From an uncultured delta proteobacterium (lineage in GTDB: Bacteria > Desulfobacterota > Binatia > UBA9968): 64,000 bases of DNA. Shown here piece by piece: positions 49,535 to 59,632 of the stretch. Under the pieces are notes generated by a model. The model saw only the letters and a program-made list of their open reading frames with translations. It was not told the DNA's origin and did not search any database. A program made the position numbers and the translations under genes. The stretch spans positions 1 through 64,000 of the forward strand of contig CAVUZH010000008.1 in assembly GCA_963745835.1 (NCBI GenBank), in the 5' to 3' direction. The stretch's first letter is position 1. Each line of letters begins with the position of its first letter.

Positions 49535-50500
49535 TTACGGCACTTTGTAGCCTAACTCCGTAGCGATCTCGATGGCGAAGCGCGGATCGGCGACTTCTTC
49601 AAACGAGACATTTCTATCCGTGAACCTGCCTTCAGCTTTGATCGCCTTGACAATATTCGCCATGCCTTCGGGTGAGGGGATTCCCGTATCGTTGAAGTTC
49701 GACTCGACCAATTTGTAAGTATCCGCGGCTGTCTCGTTATCCATCTTGAGGACGCGGGTAATCAGATCCAAGGTTCGCTCCCGTGACTTGAGCATAATGC
49801 TCTTCGCCGTTTGCAGCGCGCGCACGACCCGCTTCGCTTCATCCGGTCTGGTTTTAATCGTTTTGGACAGCGCCGTGAGACCGCCCGAAGGCATTTCCAC
49901 TAAAGCGCCGATGTCCAAGAGCTTGGCGAGACCGCGACGTTGGGCAAAAAACATAAAGGGCGGATTAAGCGATGCCGCATCGACAAACTTCGACTCCAAA
50001 GCCTGCACCAGTTGCGCCGAAGGCACCGATACGGCAACGTAATCTTTTGCGCCGAGACCGCTCTTTTCCAGCGCCGCGGTTAATGCTACATGACTCGTGC
50101 CGCCGAGACCCGTCACGCCGATCTTCTTCTGCCGCAGATCCCGCACGCTTTTGAATTGAGGGCTTGCCATCAACCAGTAAACAATCCTGCTCGTCGAAGC
50201 CCATAGCGCGCGCGCATCGAGCCCGCTCAGAGTCGCGCTCACTGAGGCAGTTCCTATACCGGATTGGTAATCCAAGTCACCGGAGGCCAAAGCGGCCGCA
50301 GCAGCCGATGAGCGCATAAGGATCACTTCGATGTCGAGACCTTGCTGGTCGAAGAGCTTCCATTCGCGCGCCGCCACCAACGGCAGAGCGGTAAAGCTCA
50401 AGTTGGCATTGGAGATTCTGATCTTCCGTCGTTCCTGGGTAAATCCGGGTACCGGGACAAAGGCACAAACGAGTAGAACAATACAGATCAATCTATTCAT
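49535..50500 (-). CDS. NitT/TauT family SBP
   Basis: Signal peptide from ATG 50500; LFDQQGLDIEV; DLRQKKIGVTG. Confidence 0.92.
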   Translation of the reverse strand: MNRLICIVLLVCAFVPVPGFTQERRKIRISNANLSFTALPLVAAREWKLFDQQGLDIEVILMRSSAAAAALASGDLDYQSGIGTASVSATLSGLDARALWASTSRIVYWLMASPQFKSVRDLRQKKIGVTGLGGTSHVALTAALEKSGLGAKDYVAVSVPSAQLVQALESKFVDAASLNPPFMFFAQRRGLAKLLDIGALVEMPSGGLTALSKTIKTRPDEAKRVVRALQTAKSIMLKSRERTLDLITRVLKMDNETAADTYKLVESNFNDTGIPSPEGMANIVKAIKAEGRFTDRNVSFEEVADPRFAIEIATELGYKVP

Positions 50501-50532
50501 TGCATTACGTTCCTGTGGAATGTGAATCCCTA

Positions 50533-51459
50533 TCATCGCTTCAGCATTGCCAATTTTTCCATGGCGTCGTGAATCAGTTTCACCTCGCCCTCGGGCACGG
50601 GCAGTTGCGGCGCGCGCACGATCATGTTGTCCAACAGACCGGTAAAATAAGCCGCGACCTTGTAGCGGCTGTGCTTGTAAACATTCGGCGCCTTGTAGAC
50701 CGCCGCTTCGAGCGTCCAGTTAATTTCGTGCAACCGGCGCGCTTTGTCGAGATCGCCTGCCTTGACCGCGTTGTAGAGATCGACGCAGAACTGCGGCGCG
50801 AAGTTAGCAAAACCGGTTAATGCGCCGTCGGCGCCGGTAACGAAGTGCTGAAACAGAGAAGACGTCGCCAGAACCGAGACGGGCCTTGGCAAAGCGCGCA
50901 TGCCGCGCAGGACTTGCTCATAGCGCCTGATGTTAGCGCCGCTCGCCACTTTGATGGCCGCCACATTCTCGACTTCACGCGCAATCCGAATTGCCGTATC
51001 CGATGAATAGCCTGACGCCGTTGAAGCCGGATAATGGAAAATCGTGATCGGGATCTCGACTGCGTCGGCGACGTCATGAAAGTATTGAATCGCAAATTCC
51101 GGGTTGGCGGTCGAACTCCAGTCGTAAACATGTGGCGGCGTGAGCATGATGGCCGCAGCGCCCGCCGCTTTGGCTTCCTTGGCCTGCTCGATAGCTTCGC
51201 GCGTCGATAGCGCTTCGATACCCGCGACGATGCATTGATCGTTGCGAATCTCCTCGCCGATGATTTCGATGATGCGGACCCGCTCCTGACGGGTGAGCGT
51301 CGCACCCTCGCCTGCCCCGGCGTTGCAGACAATCGCGCTGATCCCCTCGGGCGCCGCTTGATAGCGAATCAGCTTGCGCAGTCCAGGCTCGTCCAGATCA
51401 TAGTTCTCTTTAAACGGCGTCACATTGGCGCTGAGAATGCCTTCAAGTTTGATACTCAT
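50533..51459 (-). CDS. DapA/NAL-superfamily Schiff-base aldolase
   Basis: VTPF, NAGAGEG, FHYP, AIKVASG, GADGA. Confidence 0.9.
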   Translation of the reverse strand: MSIKLEGILSANVTPFKENYDLDEPGLRKLIRYQAAPEGISAIVCNAGAGEGATLTRQERVRIIEIIGEEIRNDQCIVAGIEALSTREAIEQAKEAKAAGAAAIMLTPPHVYDWSSTANPEFAIQYFHDVADAVEIPITIFHYPASTASGYSSDTAIRIAREVENVAAIKVASGANIRRYEQVLRGMRALPRPVSVLATSSLFQHFVTGADGALTGFANFAPQFCVDLYNAVKAGDLDKARRLHEINWTLEAAVYKAPNVYKHSRYKVAAYFTGLLDNMIVRAPQLPVPEGEVKLIHDAMEKLAMLKR

Positions 51460-51603
51460 CGCAACCTCTCTTACCGCGATTGCCGAATCCTTGTCCGAAG
51501 CAGCGTGACACTCCTTCAGCTCCCGTCATAGGTAGCGGTCGACGACATACGCGATCTGTTTGTACCCGCCCCATTGACAGCAGATGGAGCGGCGCGAGCA
51601 AAG

Positions 51604-52380
51604 TTATTTGTGAAACTGCTTGGTCCCGGCATAAGCCTTGGGATTCACTCTGCTGTGTTCTTCCTGCATCAACCATGCGATCTCCGCGGCCAGTGGCACG
51701 CTGGTCGCCTCCATGGAAGCATGCGCTGCCATTTTACAATATTTCAAAGTTGTCCGATCGAATCGGCCGATTTCTTCGCCCCACTGCCATGCCGCCTGGT
51801 CAAGTTCCTTGTGCGGCACGACGCGATTGATTAACCCGGCTGCCATCGATTTTGTCGCGTCCCAATTCTCGCCCGTGAGGATCAACTCAAAAGCCAATTT
51901 GGTTGGAATAAGGGTTTTGAACATCGTCGCAATGATCGGATAAGGCAGGAAACCGCGCTTGATCTCAGGCAAGCCGAACTGCGCTTGATCCGAAGCTATA
52001 GCAAGATCATGCGGCAAAAGAATTGTGATACCGGCTCCCAGGCAAAAGCCGTTTACGACGGCAATAGTGACTTTCGGAAAAGTTCTAATGGCTTCCGCTA
52101 CATGGTAGGCGCGCGGCTGAGCCCGGCGCTCCGGTTCCACTGCGGCGCCGCCCTCGGTGGGAAACTCAGACAGATCGCGGCCGGCGCAGTAAGCAATGTC
52201 CCCGGCGCCCGAGGTTAAAACCACTGCGATAGATTCATCGTTTCTTAGTTCTTCCAAAATCTGGAGCATCTCTCGTATTGTGTCCCGGCTCAAAGCATTC
52301 CTCTTATCCGGTCTGTTAATCGTGATTTTTGCCACTGCTCCGCGTTTCTCCAAGAGTGTAAATTTCCCTTCCTTGATCAT
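51604..52380 (-). CDS. enoyl-CoA hydratase/isomerase
   Basis: INRPDKRNAL, YCAGRDL, VNGFCLGAG, FGLPEIKRG. Confidence 0.93.
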   Translation of the reverse strand: MIKEGKFTLLEKRGAVAKITINRPDKRNALSRDTIREMLQILEELRNDESIAVVLTSGAGDIAYCAGRDLSEFPTEGGAAVEPERRAQPRAYHVAEAIRTFPKVTIAVVNGFCLGAGITILLPHDLAIASDQAQFGLPEIKRGFLPYPIIATMFKTLIPTKLAFELILTGENWDATKSMAAGLINRVVPHKELDQAAWQWGEEIGRFDRTTLKYCKMAAHASMEATSVPLAAEIAWLMQEEHSRVNPKAYAGTKQFHK

Positions 52381-52494
52381 GAACAAGCCCTTTCTTACTT
52401 TGCAAGTTTATACGCGAATAACACCGCCGCTGCATGGGGTCAATCGCTGCCGATGCTTGAAACGGCACGGTGACTCGGATAAATCGAGGGAGCT

Positions 52495-53343
52495 ATGGAA
52501 TCTCAAATTAAACAAATTAGCCGATCTGTGTATGCCATAATAGGTCCGGAAGGCTCGACCAACTTCGGCATCGTCAAAGGCAGCGACACCAGCGCCGCGC
52601 TGATCGACGCTGATATCCGCCGCATTGACGAGATCGAAGAAGCGCTGCAGCTCACTGGCTGTTCCAAAGTCAGCTATCTAATCGACACCCACGAGCACTT
52701 CGACCACACCTCGGCGAATTTTTATTTTGCCCAGCGCGGCATACCGATTGTCGGCAGCGCGGGCTGCGCGGCTGCCATGCATGATGAGGGCGGGCCGGAT
52801 TTCGAGCGCATGATGAAGCCGGTGCCCGAGCTTTACGAGCGTTTTCCCGACCTCTGCTTGACATTGCCCGACGTCGTCTTCCGCGATTCGATAAAAATCG
52901 TCCTGCCGGGTGTGACCTTGCATCTGAAATATTGCGCCGAGAACGGCCACAGCCACAGCAAAGGCGATACGACGATTTATTTCGAAGAGGAAGAAATTCT
53001 CGTCGCCGGCGACCTGCTCTACACGGAAGTCCACCCTGTGACGTTCTTTGGCAATATTCCGAATTGGCTGACGGCCTTGAAGCCGCTCTTCGAAAGCCAC
53101 TATAGGCAACTTCTTCCGGGCCATGGGCCGGCGGTGGCGGGCGAGCAAGCGGGCAGAGCCTATTTCAAAAAAATGTACGACTACCTGGAGGATTTTCACG
53201 GCCGGATGGTCGAAGTCAAAGCCGGGCGTCAGAACGCTGAAGACGTGGCCCAACATATGCTGAGTGGAGCTTACGCGTCGTTCGGCAAGACACGTATGGT
53301 GGAAAGAAACATCAATCATTTTCTTACAGGAAGATGGTTTTAG
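52495..53343 (+). CDS. MBL-fold metallo-hydrolase (cyclase-like)
   Basis: THEHFDH, HSKGD, AGDL, PGHG. Confidence 0.92.
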   Translation: MESQIKQISRSVYAIIGPEGSTNFGIVKGSDTSAALIDADIRRIDEIEEALQLTGCSKVSYLIDTHEHFDHTSANFYFAQRGIPIVGSAGCAAAMHDEGGPDFERMMKPVPELYERFPDLCLTLPDVVFRDSIKIVLPGVTLHLKYCAENGHSHSKGDTTIYFEEEEILVAGDLLYTEVHPVTFFGNIPNWLTALKPLFESHYRQLLPGHGPAVAGEQAGRAYFKKMYDYLEDFHGRMVEVKAGRQNAEDVAQHMLSGAYASFGKTRMVERNINHFLTGRWF

Positions 53344-53389
53344 ATGGCGCCAACCGTTCTTCAGAATGGCAATCGCTCTCGTACGAGTC

Positions 53390-53478
53390 CGATCCCCTCC
53401 GGCCGAGCACAGCGAGAGACCTTTTCGATGCCGTGCCGGATCAGACAAGAACGATTTCTCGCTCGGTTCGAAATGACA
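53390..53478. repeat. degenerate REP-like element, same family as 42766-42846
   Basis: CCGAGCACAGCGAGAGACC ... GATTTCTCGCTCGGTTCGAAATGACA. Confidence 0.45.
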
Positions 53479-54477
53479 CCCTTGGCGCTTACTGGAGGAC
53501 GTCTCGCACTGCTTTTGATCGTGAGTGCGTCGGTTATATTTTTCAGCGCCAGTCCGGGTCGCGCCGCCGAAAAGATCCGCGTCGCCTACCCGGCGGTGGC
53601 TCCCGGGCTGGCGCCTTCATGGGTCACCGCCGAGGCGGGGATCTGGCGGAAATATGGCTTGGACGTAGAAACCATTCTCGTCAGCGGCGGCGCGCGCGCC
53701 CTCCCGGCATTGATCAGCAACAGCGTTCAATTTTTGATGGGATCCGATACCGGTGTCACCACGGCGCGCTTGCAAGGGCTACCCGTGGTGCGATTGGGCG
53801 TGACGATGAACACGCTCGGCTCGGCGCTGCTTACCCAACCCAATATCCAGTCGGTGCGCGACTTGAAAGGCAGAACGCTGGGGATCTCGCGCGGGCGCGA
53901 CGCCAGTTACATACGTCTTGCCAAGCTGCTGCGCGATCATGGTCTCAATCCGAACGAAGACGTCAAGTTCTTACCGATCGGCGGCGGCGAGGGCGGCCGA
54001 TTATCCGCATTGAAGGCGGGAGTCATTCAGGGAACGATGCTTTTCCCGCCGTTGGATCTCATCGCCAGCAACGAAGGCTTGAAAGTCATCGAGAAGTTCG
54101 ACGTCGCAACGCCGGGCGGAGGGATCAATACCACGGCGGCGTTGCTCAAACAGAACCGCGCCATGGTGATCAATTTCCTCAAAGGCTACATGGAAGGCAT
54201 TCACTATATGGTTCAGCACAAGGACCTTAGCCTGAACATTTTGCAAAGATATTTTCACAACTCCGACATCACTGCCATGGGCTATCTTTACGACGAAACC
54301 ACCCGCCGTCTGGAGAAGGACCTCCGCGCCAATCAGGAATCGATTCGCTTCCACCTGGACTTGGCCGCCCTCGACGATCCCCGCGCCGCCAAGCTCGGCG
54401 AAAAAGATTTTTGGGACGCCAGCGTCGTTGAAGAGATTCGCCGCTCCGGATTTATCGACCAACTGTATAAGAAATAG
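53473..54477 (+). CDS. NitT/TauT family SBP (start uncertain)
   Basis: Signal-like LALLLIVSASVIFFSA; GIWRKYGLDVE; DLKGRTLGIS. Confidence 0.92.
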   Translation: MTPLALTGGRLALLLIVSASVIFFSASPGRAAEKIRVAYPAVAPGLAPSWVTAEAGIWRKYGLDVETILVSGGARALPALISNSVQFLMGSDTGVTTARLQGLPVVRLGVTMNTLGSALLTQPNIQSVRDLKGRTLGISRGRDASYIRLAKLLRDHGLNPNEDVKFLPIGGGEGGRLSALKAGVIQGTMLFPPLDLIASNEGLKVIEKFDVATPGGGINTTAALLKQNRAMVINFLKGYMEGIHYMVQHKDLSLNILQRYFHNSDITAMGYLYDETTRRLEKDLRANQESIRFHLDLAALDDPRAAKLGEKDFWDASVVEEIRRSGFIDQLYKK

Positions 54478-54486
54478 GAGCTACGC

Positions 54487-56055
54487 ATGGGTTACTACCG
54501 GAGTCTCAGGGAATACGTTCAGACATTGGAAAGCCGCGAAAAGCTTTTTCGCATCGAGCATCAAGTTTGCCGCGAGACTGAGCTTCACCCACTGGTGCGC
54601 TGGCAATTCCGCGGCCTCCCGGAGAACGAGCGGCGCGCGTTTCTATTCTCCAAAGTTGCGAGCATCACCGGCCGCAAATACAACATGTCCGTTTTATCGG
54701 GGGCGTGCGCCTCTTCACGCGCAATTTACGCTTTGGGGATGCGATGTCGGGAGGAAGAGATCTTCAATCGCTGGATCAACGCTCAGAAAAATCCCATCGA
54801 CCCCGTCGTCGTGCGGGAGGGACCGATTCAGGAAATCGACGTCGACAGCGGCCTCGATGATACCGTCGATGGCATCCCGGTTCCACTGGGGAATCCTGGC
54901 TTTGACAGTTCGCTGCGCTTAACCGCGGCTCTCTGGGTCACCGCTGATCCGGAAACCGGACAACGAAACGTCGGAGTCTACAGCGGCTATATTCGCCAGG
55001 GCGGGAAAATTTCCGTCGGCCTGGGCGCCGGTAAAGATTCACGCATTCATCTGGACAAAGCGCGCGAAAAGAAATTGCCGCTCAAAGCCGCCGTGGTGAT
55101 CGGGCCGACGCCGAACTTGATCTACGCCGCCGCTTCTACTTTTCCGTACGGGGTCGATGAGTATGCGGTGGCGGGAGCGATCGCCGGCAAGCCTCTGGAA
55201 CTGGTTCGCTGCCGCACCTCCGATCTTTATGTGCCCGCTCACGCCGAAATGGTACTGGAGGGCGAGATTTCTCTGGATGAGATGGATCATAATTGGCCGT
55301 TCGGGGAATTCTCCGGCTACATGGCCGGACGCGGCCGCTATCCGCGTTTTATCGTCAAGCATATCACGCAGCGCCGAGATCCAATTTTGCTCGATCTCGT
55401 CGCAGCTCATCCGCCTTGCGAAGGAAGCAAACTCAAGCAAATCGCTACCGAAGCGATTTTTTATCACGGCTTAAAAGAAAACGTCGGCATGAGCGGAATC
55501 ACGCAGGTGGCAATTCACGAGGAAAGCGGCGGCTGGGGACTTTTCGTTATCCAGCTCAAAGCTCGCCAACCCGCCCATGCCTGGCAAGCGCTAAACTCCG
55601 CCGCCAGCTTGACTCCCGGCATTGGCAAAATATTCATCGTCGTGGACGAAGACATCGATCCGCACGATCTCGACGCAGTGATGTGGGCGCTGGTTTTTCG
55701 AGTCCAGCCGCACCGCGATATCCAAACCGTAACCGGCAGGCGGCCGATGATGGATCCGTCCGCGGTTTCACCCACCCAGCCGGGTTGGCATCACCATTAT
55801 CCCGAGCCGCACGGCTCCTCGGCCCTGCTCATCAATGCGCTTAAAAAATGGAACTACCCGCCCGTCGCCCTCCCCGCCAAACAGTACATGGAAAGCGCGC
55901 GCCGGTTATGGGAGGAATTGGGATTACCGCAACTCAAACCGAAATCGCCATGGCATGGTTACGAGCTTGGGCATTGGCCCGAGGAGTTGCGCAATGCTGC
56001 GGCCGCCGTCGCGGCCGGACGGAGCCCTGAAGACTCTAGTAAGAAGGAGTCATAG
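54487..56055 (+). CDS. UbiD-family (de)carboxylase with atypical active-site motifs
   Basis: SLREYV, DPETGQRNVGVY, VPAHAEMVLEG, PFGEFSGY, IVVDEDIDP, VMWALVFR. Confidence 0.92.
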   Translation: MGYYRSLREYVQTLESREKLFRIEHQVCRETELHPLVRWQFRGLPENERRAFLFSKVASITGRKYNMSVLSGACASSRAIYALGMRCREEEIFNRWINAQKNPIDPVVVREGPIQEIDVDSGLDDTVDGIPVPLGNPGFDSSLRLTAALWVTADPETGQRNVGVYSGYIRQGGKISVGLGAGKDSRIHLDKAREKKLPLKAAVVIGPTPNLIYAAASTFPYGVDEYAVAGAIAGKPLELVRCRTSDLYVPAHAEMVLEGEISLDEMDHNWPFGEFSGYMAGRGRYPRFIVKHITQRRDPILLDLVAAHPPCEGSKLKQIATEAIFYHGLKENVGMSGITQVAIHEESGGWGLFVIQLKARQPAHAWQALNSAASLTPGIGKIFIVVDEDIDPHDLDAVMWALVFRVQPHRDIQTVTGRRPMMDPSAVSPTQPGWHHHYPEPHGSSALLINALKKWNYPPVALPAKQYMESARRLWEELGLPQLKPKSPWHGYELGHWPEELRNAAAAVAAGRSPEDSSKKES

Positions 56056-56060
56056 GTCCT

Positions 56061-57050
56061 ATGGCACCTAGATTTTTTTCTATCGTGCGCGCTCTCGCCG
56101 CTGTTCTGGCGTGGTCCTTGATCAACGGCGGGGCATCGCTGGCTCTCGACGAGGTGAAGGTTCACACATCCGGCAGCACTAGCGCTAACGTGCTCATCTA
56201 CAAAATCGCTCAGGAACAAGGCTTTTATAAAGAAGAGAACCTCAACGTTCTCACGATCGCCGCAACCTCACAGGCCGGCATTCAGGGGTTAGTCGGAGGA
56301 AGTTTCGACTTTAGCCAGATCCTCGGCCAAACCTCCGCGGCGATTCTGCATGGCGCGCCGCTCAAGAATGTCATGGTTTTCGACACCAAGCCGCTTTTCT
56401 GGTTTTTCGGCAGCAAAAAAATCAGGCGCGTACAGGATTTGAAGGGTGGCAAGCTCATCGGCGTTTCGAGCCTCGGCGCCAACACCGATCAAATGACCCG
56501 TGAGATCCTGGCGATGAACGGCATCGATCCGCGCAAAGACGTGGTGATACAAGGAACCGGAACCGGCGCGGTGCGTTTAGCAGCCTTGATCGGCGGCAGT
56601 CTCGACGCCGCAATCACAAATCCGACGGAGAGTATTGTCGCACGCAAGCAGGGGTTGAACGAGCTTTTCTTCTATGGCGATTACGATCTCAACATCGTCT
56701 CAGGCGGCGCCGCGCTCACGGAACGAATGCTCAGGGAAAAGCCCGATCTCGTTCGCCGTTTTCTCCGCGCCACGTTGAGAGCGCTGCTCTGGTTTCGCAC
56801 CAACGAGAAAGACGCCGTGGCGCGCATGGCCGAAGCGTTCAAGATTTCGCCTGATGACGCGCTCGGCATTTATAAAGCAACGCTCAAAAGCTATACACTC
56901 GATGGTACTATCTCGCGCGAACTCCAGGAAACAATTGTAACTTTTCAGCGCAAGCAGCTTAAAGTGGAAAAGGAAATTCCACCCGAAACGGTTTATGACT
57001 TCACTATCTTGCGAGCGCTCAACGATGAGCGTAAAAAATCGAGGTCATGA
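56061..57050 (+). CDS. NitT/TauT family SBP
   Basis: Signal peptide; QGFYKEENL; DLKGGKLIGVSS. Confidence 0.93.
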   Translation: MAPRFFSIVRALAAVLAWSLINGGASLALDEVKVHTSGSTSANVLIYKIAQEQGFYKEENLNVLTIAATSQAGIQGLVGGSFDFSQILGQTSAAILHGAPLKNVMVFDTKPLFWFFGSKKIRRVQDLKGGKLIGVSSLGANTDQMTREILAMNGIDPRKDVVIQGTGTGAVRLAALIGGSLDAAITNPTESIVARKQGLNELFFYGDYDLNIVSGGAALTERMLREKPDLVRRFLRATLRALLWFRTNEKDAVARMAEAFKISPDDALGIYKATLKSYTLDGTISRELQETIVTFQRKQLKVEKEIPPETVYDFTILRALNDERKKSRS

Positions 57051-58048
57051 AAATGAGATTTCTTACTTCGCTTGTTGGTTGCTTGTTGGGCCTGGTGGTA
57101 AGCGACTTCAGCCCCGTACACGCGCAGAAACTGGAAAAGCTCGTCATCGGTTATCCTGCTCCGGTGGCCTCGCTCGGTCTTATCGACGTCACCCGTAAAG
57201 CGGGTCTGTTCAAAAAGCACGGGCTAGACGTCGACCTGGTCTATATCCAGGGAAGCCCGATCCTTACGGCAGCGATGATGTCGGGACAGGTGCCGCTGAG
57301 CTTTCTTGGCGGCGCAGCAATCGTTGCCTCGGCGGTTGGCGGGGCCGATACCGTCTACTTGGGGTGCGCGATCAACACGCTCTACTGGCGCGTCTTCTCA
57401 TCTCCCGAAATCAAGGATGTTGCCGATCTCAAGGGGAAAAGAATCGGTGTCACCACAATCGGTTCACAAGAAGACAGCGTGGTGCGCTATCTGCTCAGAG
57501 AACGGGGTCTCAATCCGGAGCGGGACGTGACGGTAGTTGCGGTGGGCTCGGCCCCCACCCGGTTGGCCGCGTTGAGCAAAGGCTTCGTGCAGGCTTCGAC
57601 GTTTATCCCGCCGCAAGATATCGCCGCCGAAAAGCTGGGCCTCAATGTATTGATCGATATGAGCAAGTTGGGCTTGTACAACCCCGGCAGTTGCTTTGCC
57701 AGCACAAAGAGCTACGTAAGAAACCATCGCGACACCGTAATGCGGGTCATGAAGGCGTTCGTCGAAGGACTTAGGTTTTATCGGGATAACAAGGAATTTG
57801 CTCTCAAGATCACCGCCGACTTCGCGCAAAACAGAAACGTCGACGTGCTTAATTCTACTTACGAGATCGTCACCCGTTATCAAGACCGTGTTCCTTACGT
57901 CAATATGCAGGGCATCGAGTTCATGCTCAAAACTCTGGAGGTGCGCGACCCTCGGGCCAAGACATTCGATCCCGCCAATGTGGTCGATTCAAGCTTTATC
58001 CGGGAATTAGAAAAAACCGGCTTTATCGATTCCGTATGGAAGAATTAG
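57047..58048 (+). CDS. NitT/TauT family SBP
   Basis: Signal peptide; GLFKKHGLDV; DLKGKRIGVTT; VDSSFIRELEKTGFI. Confidence 0.93.
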   Translation: MKMRFLTSLVGCLLGLVVSDFSPVHAQKLEKLVIGYPAPVASLGLIDVTRKAGLFKKHGLDVDLVYIQGSPILTAAMMSGQVPLSFLGGAAIVASAVGGADTVYLGCAINTLYWRVFSSPEIKDVADLKGKRIGVTTIGSQEDSVVRYLLRERGLNPERDVTVVAVGSAPTRLAALSKGFVQASTFIPPQDIAAEKLGLNVLIDMSKLGLYNPGSCFASTKSYVRNHRDTVMRVMKAFVEGLRFYRDNKEFALKITADFAQNRNVDVLNSTYEIVTRYQDRVPYVNMQGIEFMLKTLEVRDPRAKTFDPANVVDSSFIRELEKTGFIDSVWKN

Positions 58049-58055
58049 CCGGCAC

Positions 58056-59567
58056 ATGATCATCGGCGAAGCCCTCCCGCGTAACGCGCAACACTTTCCG
58101 GACAAACCTGCGATCGTAGATCAAAACAAATCGATAACCCACCTCGATCTTCACCTGCGCACCAATCGCCTCGGCAATTATCTGGTTAAGCAAGGAATCC
58201 GCAGAGGCGATCGAGTGGCAGTTTCCTGCGGCAGCCGATCCGAGCACTTCGAGATGCTATTTGGTATTGCGAAGATCGGCGCCATCGCGGTTCCTTTCGA
58301 TTACAACTGGAGCGCCGAGGAATGCGCCGCGATGGTAAAATTTTTTGAGCCAAGCGCCTTTGTTCTCGAAGGCCGCGAGGAAACCCAAGATCTGTGCGCC
58401 CTAGCCAGCGAGCACATGGATGCCAATAAGCTACTGGCCATCGGCAGCCTAAGCGCTCACGGCAATACGCCGTATGAGCAGGCATTGGCTTCCGTTTCCG
58501 CCGATGATCCTGAGATTGCGATCGACGGCAAAGATCTATTTCTGATCATGATCACGTCCGGCACAACCGGTTTCCCCAAGGGTTGCCAGATCAATCACGA
58601 AACCTACGCGCTGCGCTCCATCAATAATGCCATCACCAAGGGATTGAGCGATGACGAGCGCGCTCTGATTGCCTTGCCGCTGCACTTTAATGCTGGCCGC
58701 GGATCGATGATGGGCATGCTTTATCTCGGCGGTACCGTATTCGTCCATGAACGCTTTCATGAAGAAAAATTTCTAAGCGCCGTCCAGAACGAGCGCATCA
58801 CCTACACCATGCTCGTTCCAACACTCTGCCACCGATTACTGCGCTATCCCGATTTGGACAAGTTCGATAGATCGACCTTGCGGTATTTAGGCATCACCGG
58901 AGGCCATCTCTCGCGTGACTTGGCAAACGAAGTTATGGAGCGCATCTGCCCGCACCTTTACGAGGCGTATGCCTCGACCGACTGCGGCCAGATCACCATC
59001 ATCGGGCCGGAGGACCGTAATATCGCCGCGGAAAGCGTCGGTAAGCCGATCTGGTGTGTCTTGCTCAAGATTGCCGCTGATGATCAGCGAGAACTTCCGC
59101 GCGGGCAAGAAGGAGAAATCTGCGTGCGCACTCCATTGGCCATCCAGGGCTACGACAACAATGCCCAGGCAACCGAAGAGTTCTTCAGAGGCGGCTGGTG
59201 TCATACCGGAGATATCGGTTTCTACGATGAGAAAGGCTATCTGACGGTTTCCGGGCGTAAGAAAAACATGATCAAGAGCGGCGGCATTAGCGTATTTCCG
59301 GAAGAGATAGAGGACGCGCTGCGCAAGCATCCTCAAGTTGCCGATGTGGCGGTGATCGGCTTCAAAAGTTCCGAATGGGGTGAGGCCGTGAAGGCCTTTG
59401 TGGTTCTCAACGCAGGGGCAGACTGCGATGCCGATTCTCTGATTGCATTCTGCAAGGCATCTCTCGCTACCTATAAGGCACCGAAGGTGATCGAGTTCAT
59501 CGCTAGCTTGCCGCGAACCGGCCTGGGCAAGATTGATCGCGGCAAGCTGGCGTCGATCGCAGTCTGA
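58056..59567 (+). CDS. acyl/aryl-CoA ligase (ANL adenylating enzyme)
   Basis: TSGTTGFPKG, WCHTGD, GRKKNMIKSGG, LPRTGLGK. Confidence 0.95.
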   Translation: MIIGEALPRNAQHFPDKPAIVDQNKSITHLDLHLRTNRLGNYLVKQGIRRGDRVAVSCGSRSEHFEMLFGIAKIGAIAVPFDYNWSAEECAAMVKFFEPSAFVLEGREETQDLCALASEHMDANKLLAIGSLSAHGNTPYEQALASVSADDPEIAIDGKDLFLIMITSGTTGFPKGCQINHETYALRSINNAITKGLSDDERALIALPLHFNAGRGSMMGMLYLGGTVFVHERFHEEKFLSAVQNERITYTMLVPTLCHRLLRYPDLDKFDRSTLRYLGITGGHLSRDLANEVMERICPHLYEAYASTDCGQITIIGPEDRNIAAESVGKPIWCVLLKIAADDQRELPRGQEGEICVRTPLAIQGYDNNAQATEEFFRGGWCHTGDIGFYDEKGYLTVSGRKKNMIKSGGISVFPEEIEDALRKHPQVADVAVIGFKSSEWGEAVKAFVVLNAGADCDADSLIAFCKASLATYKAPKVIEFIASLPRTGLGKIDRGKLASIAV

Positions 59568-59632
59568 TATATCGCTTCAAGCGAGACATCATTGCGCGCG
59601 CACTGGGCGGAGAATGATAGCAGAGGGGTAGT

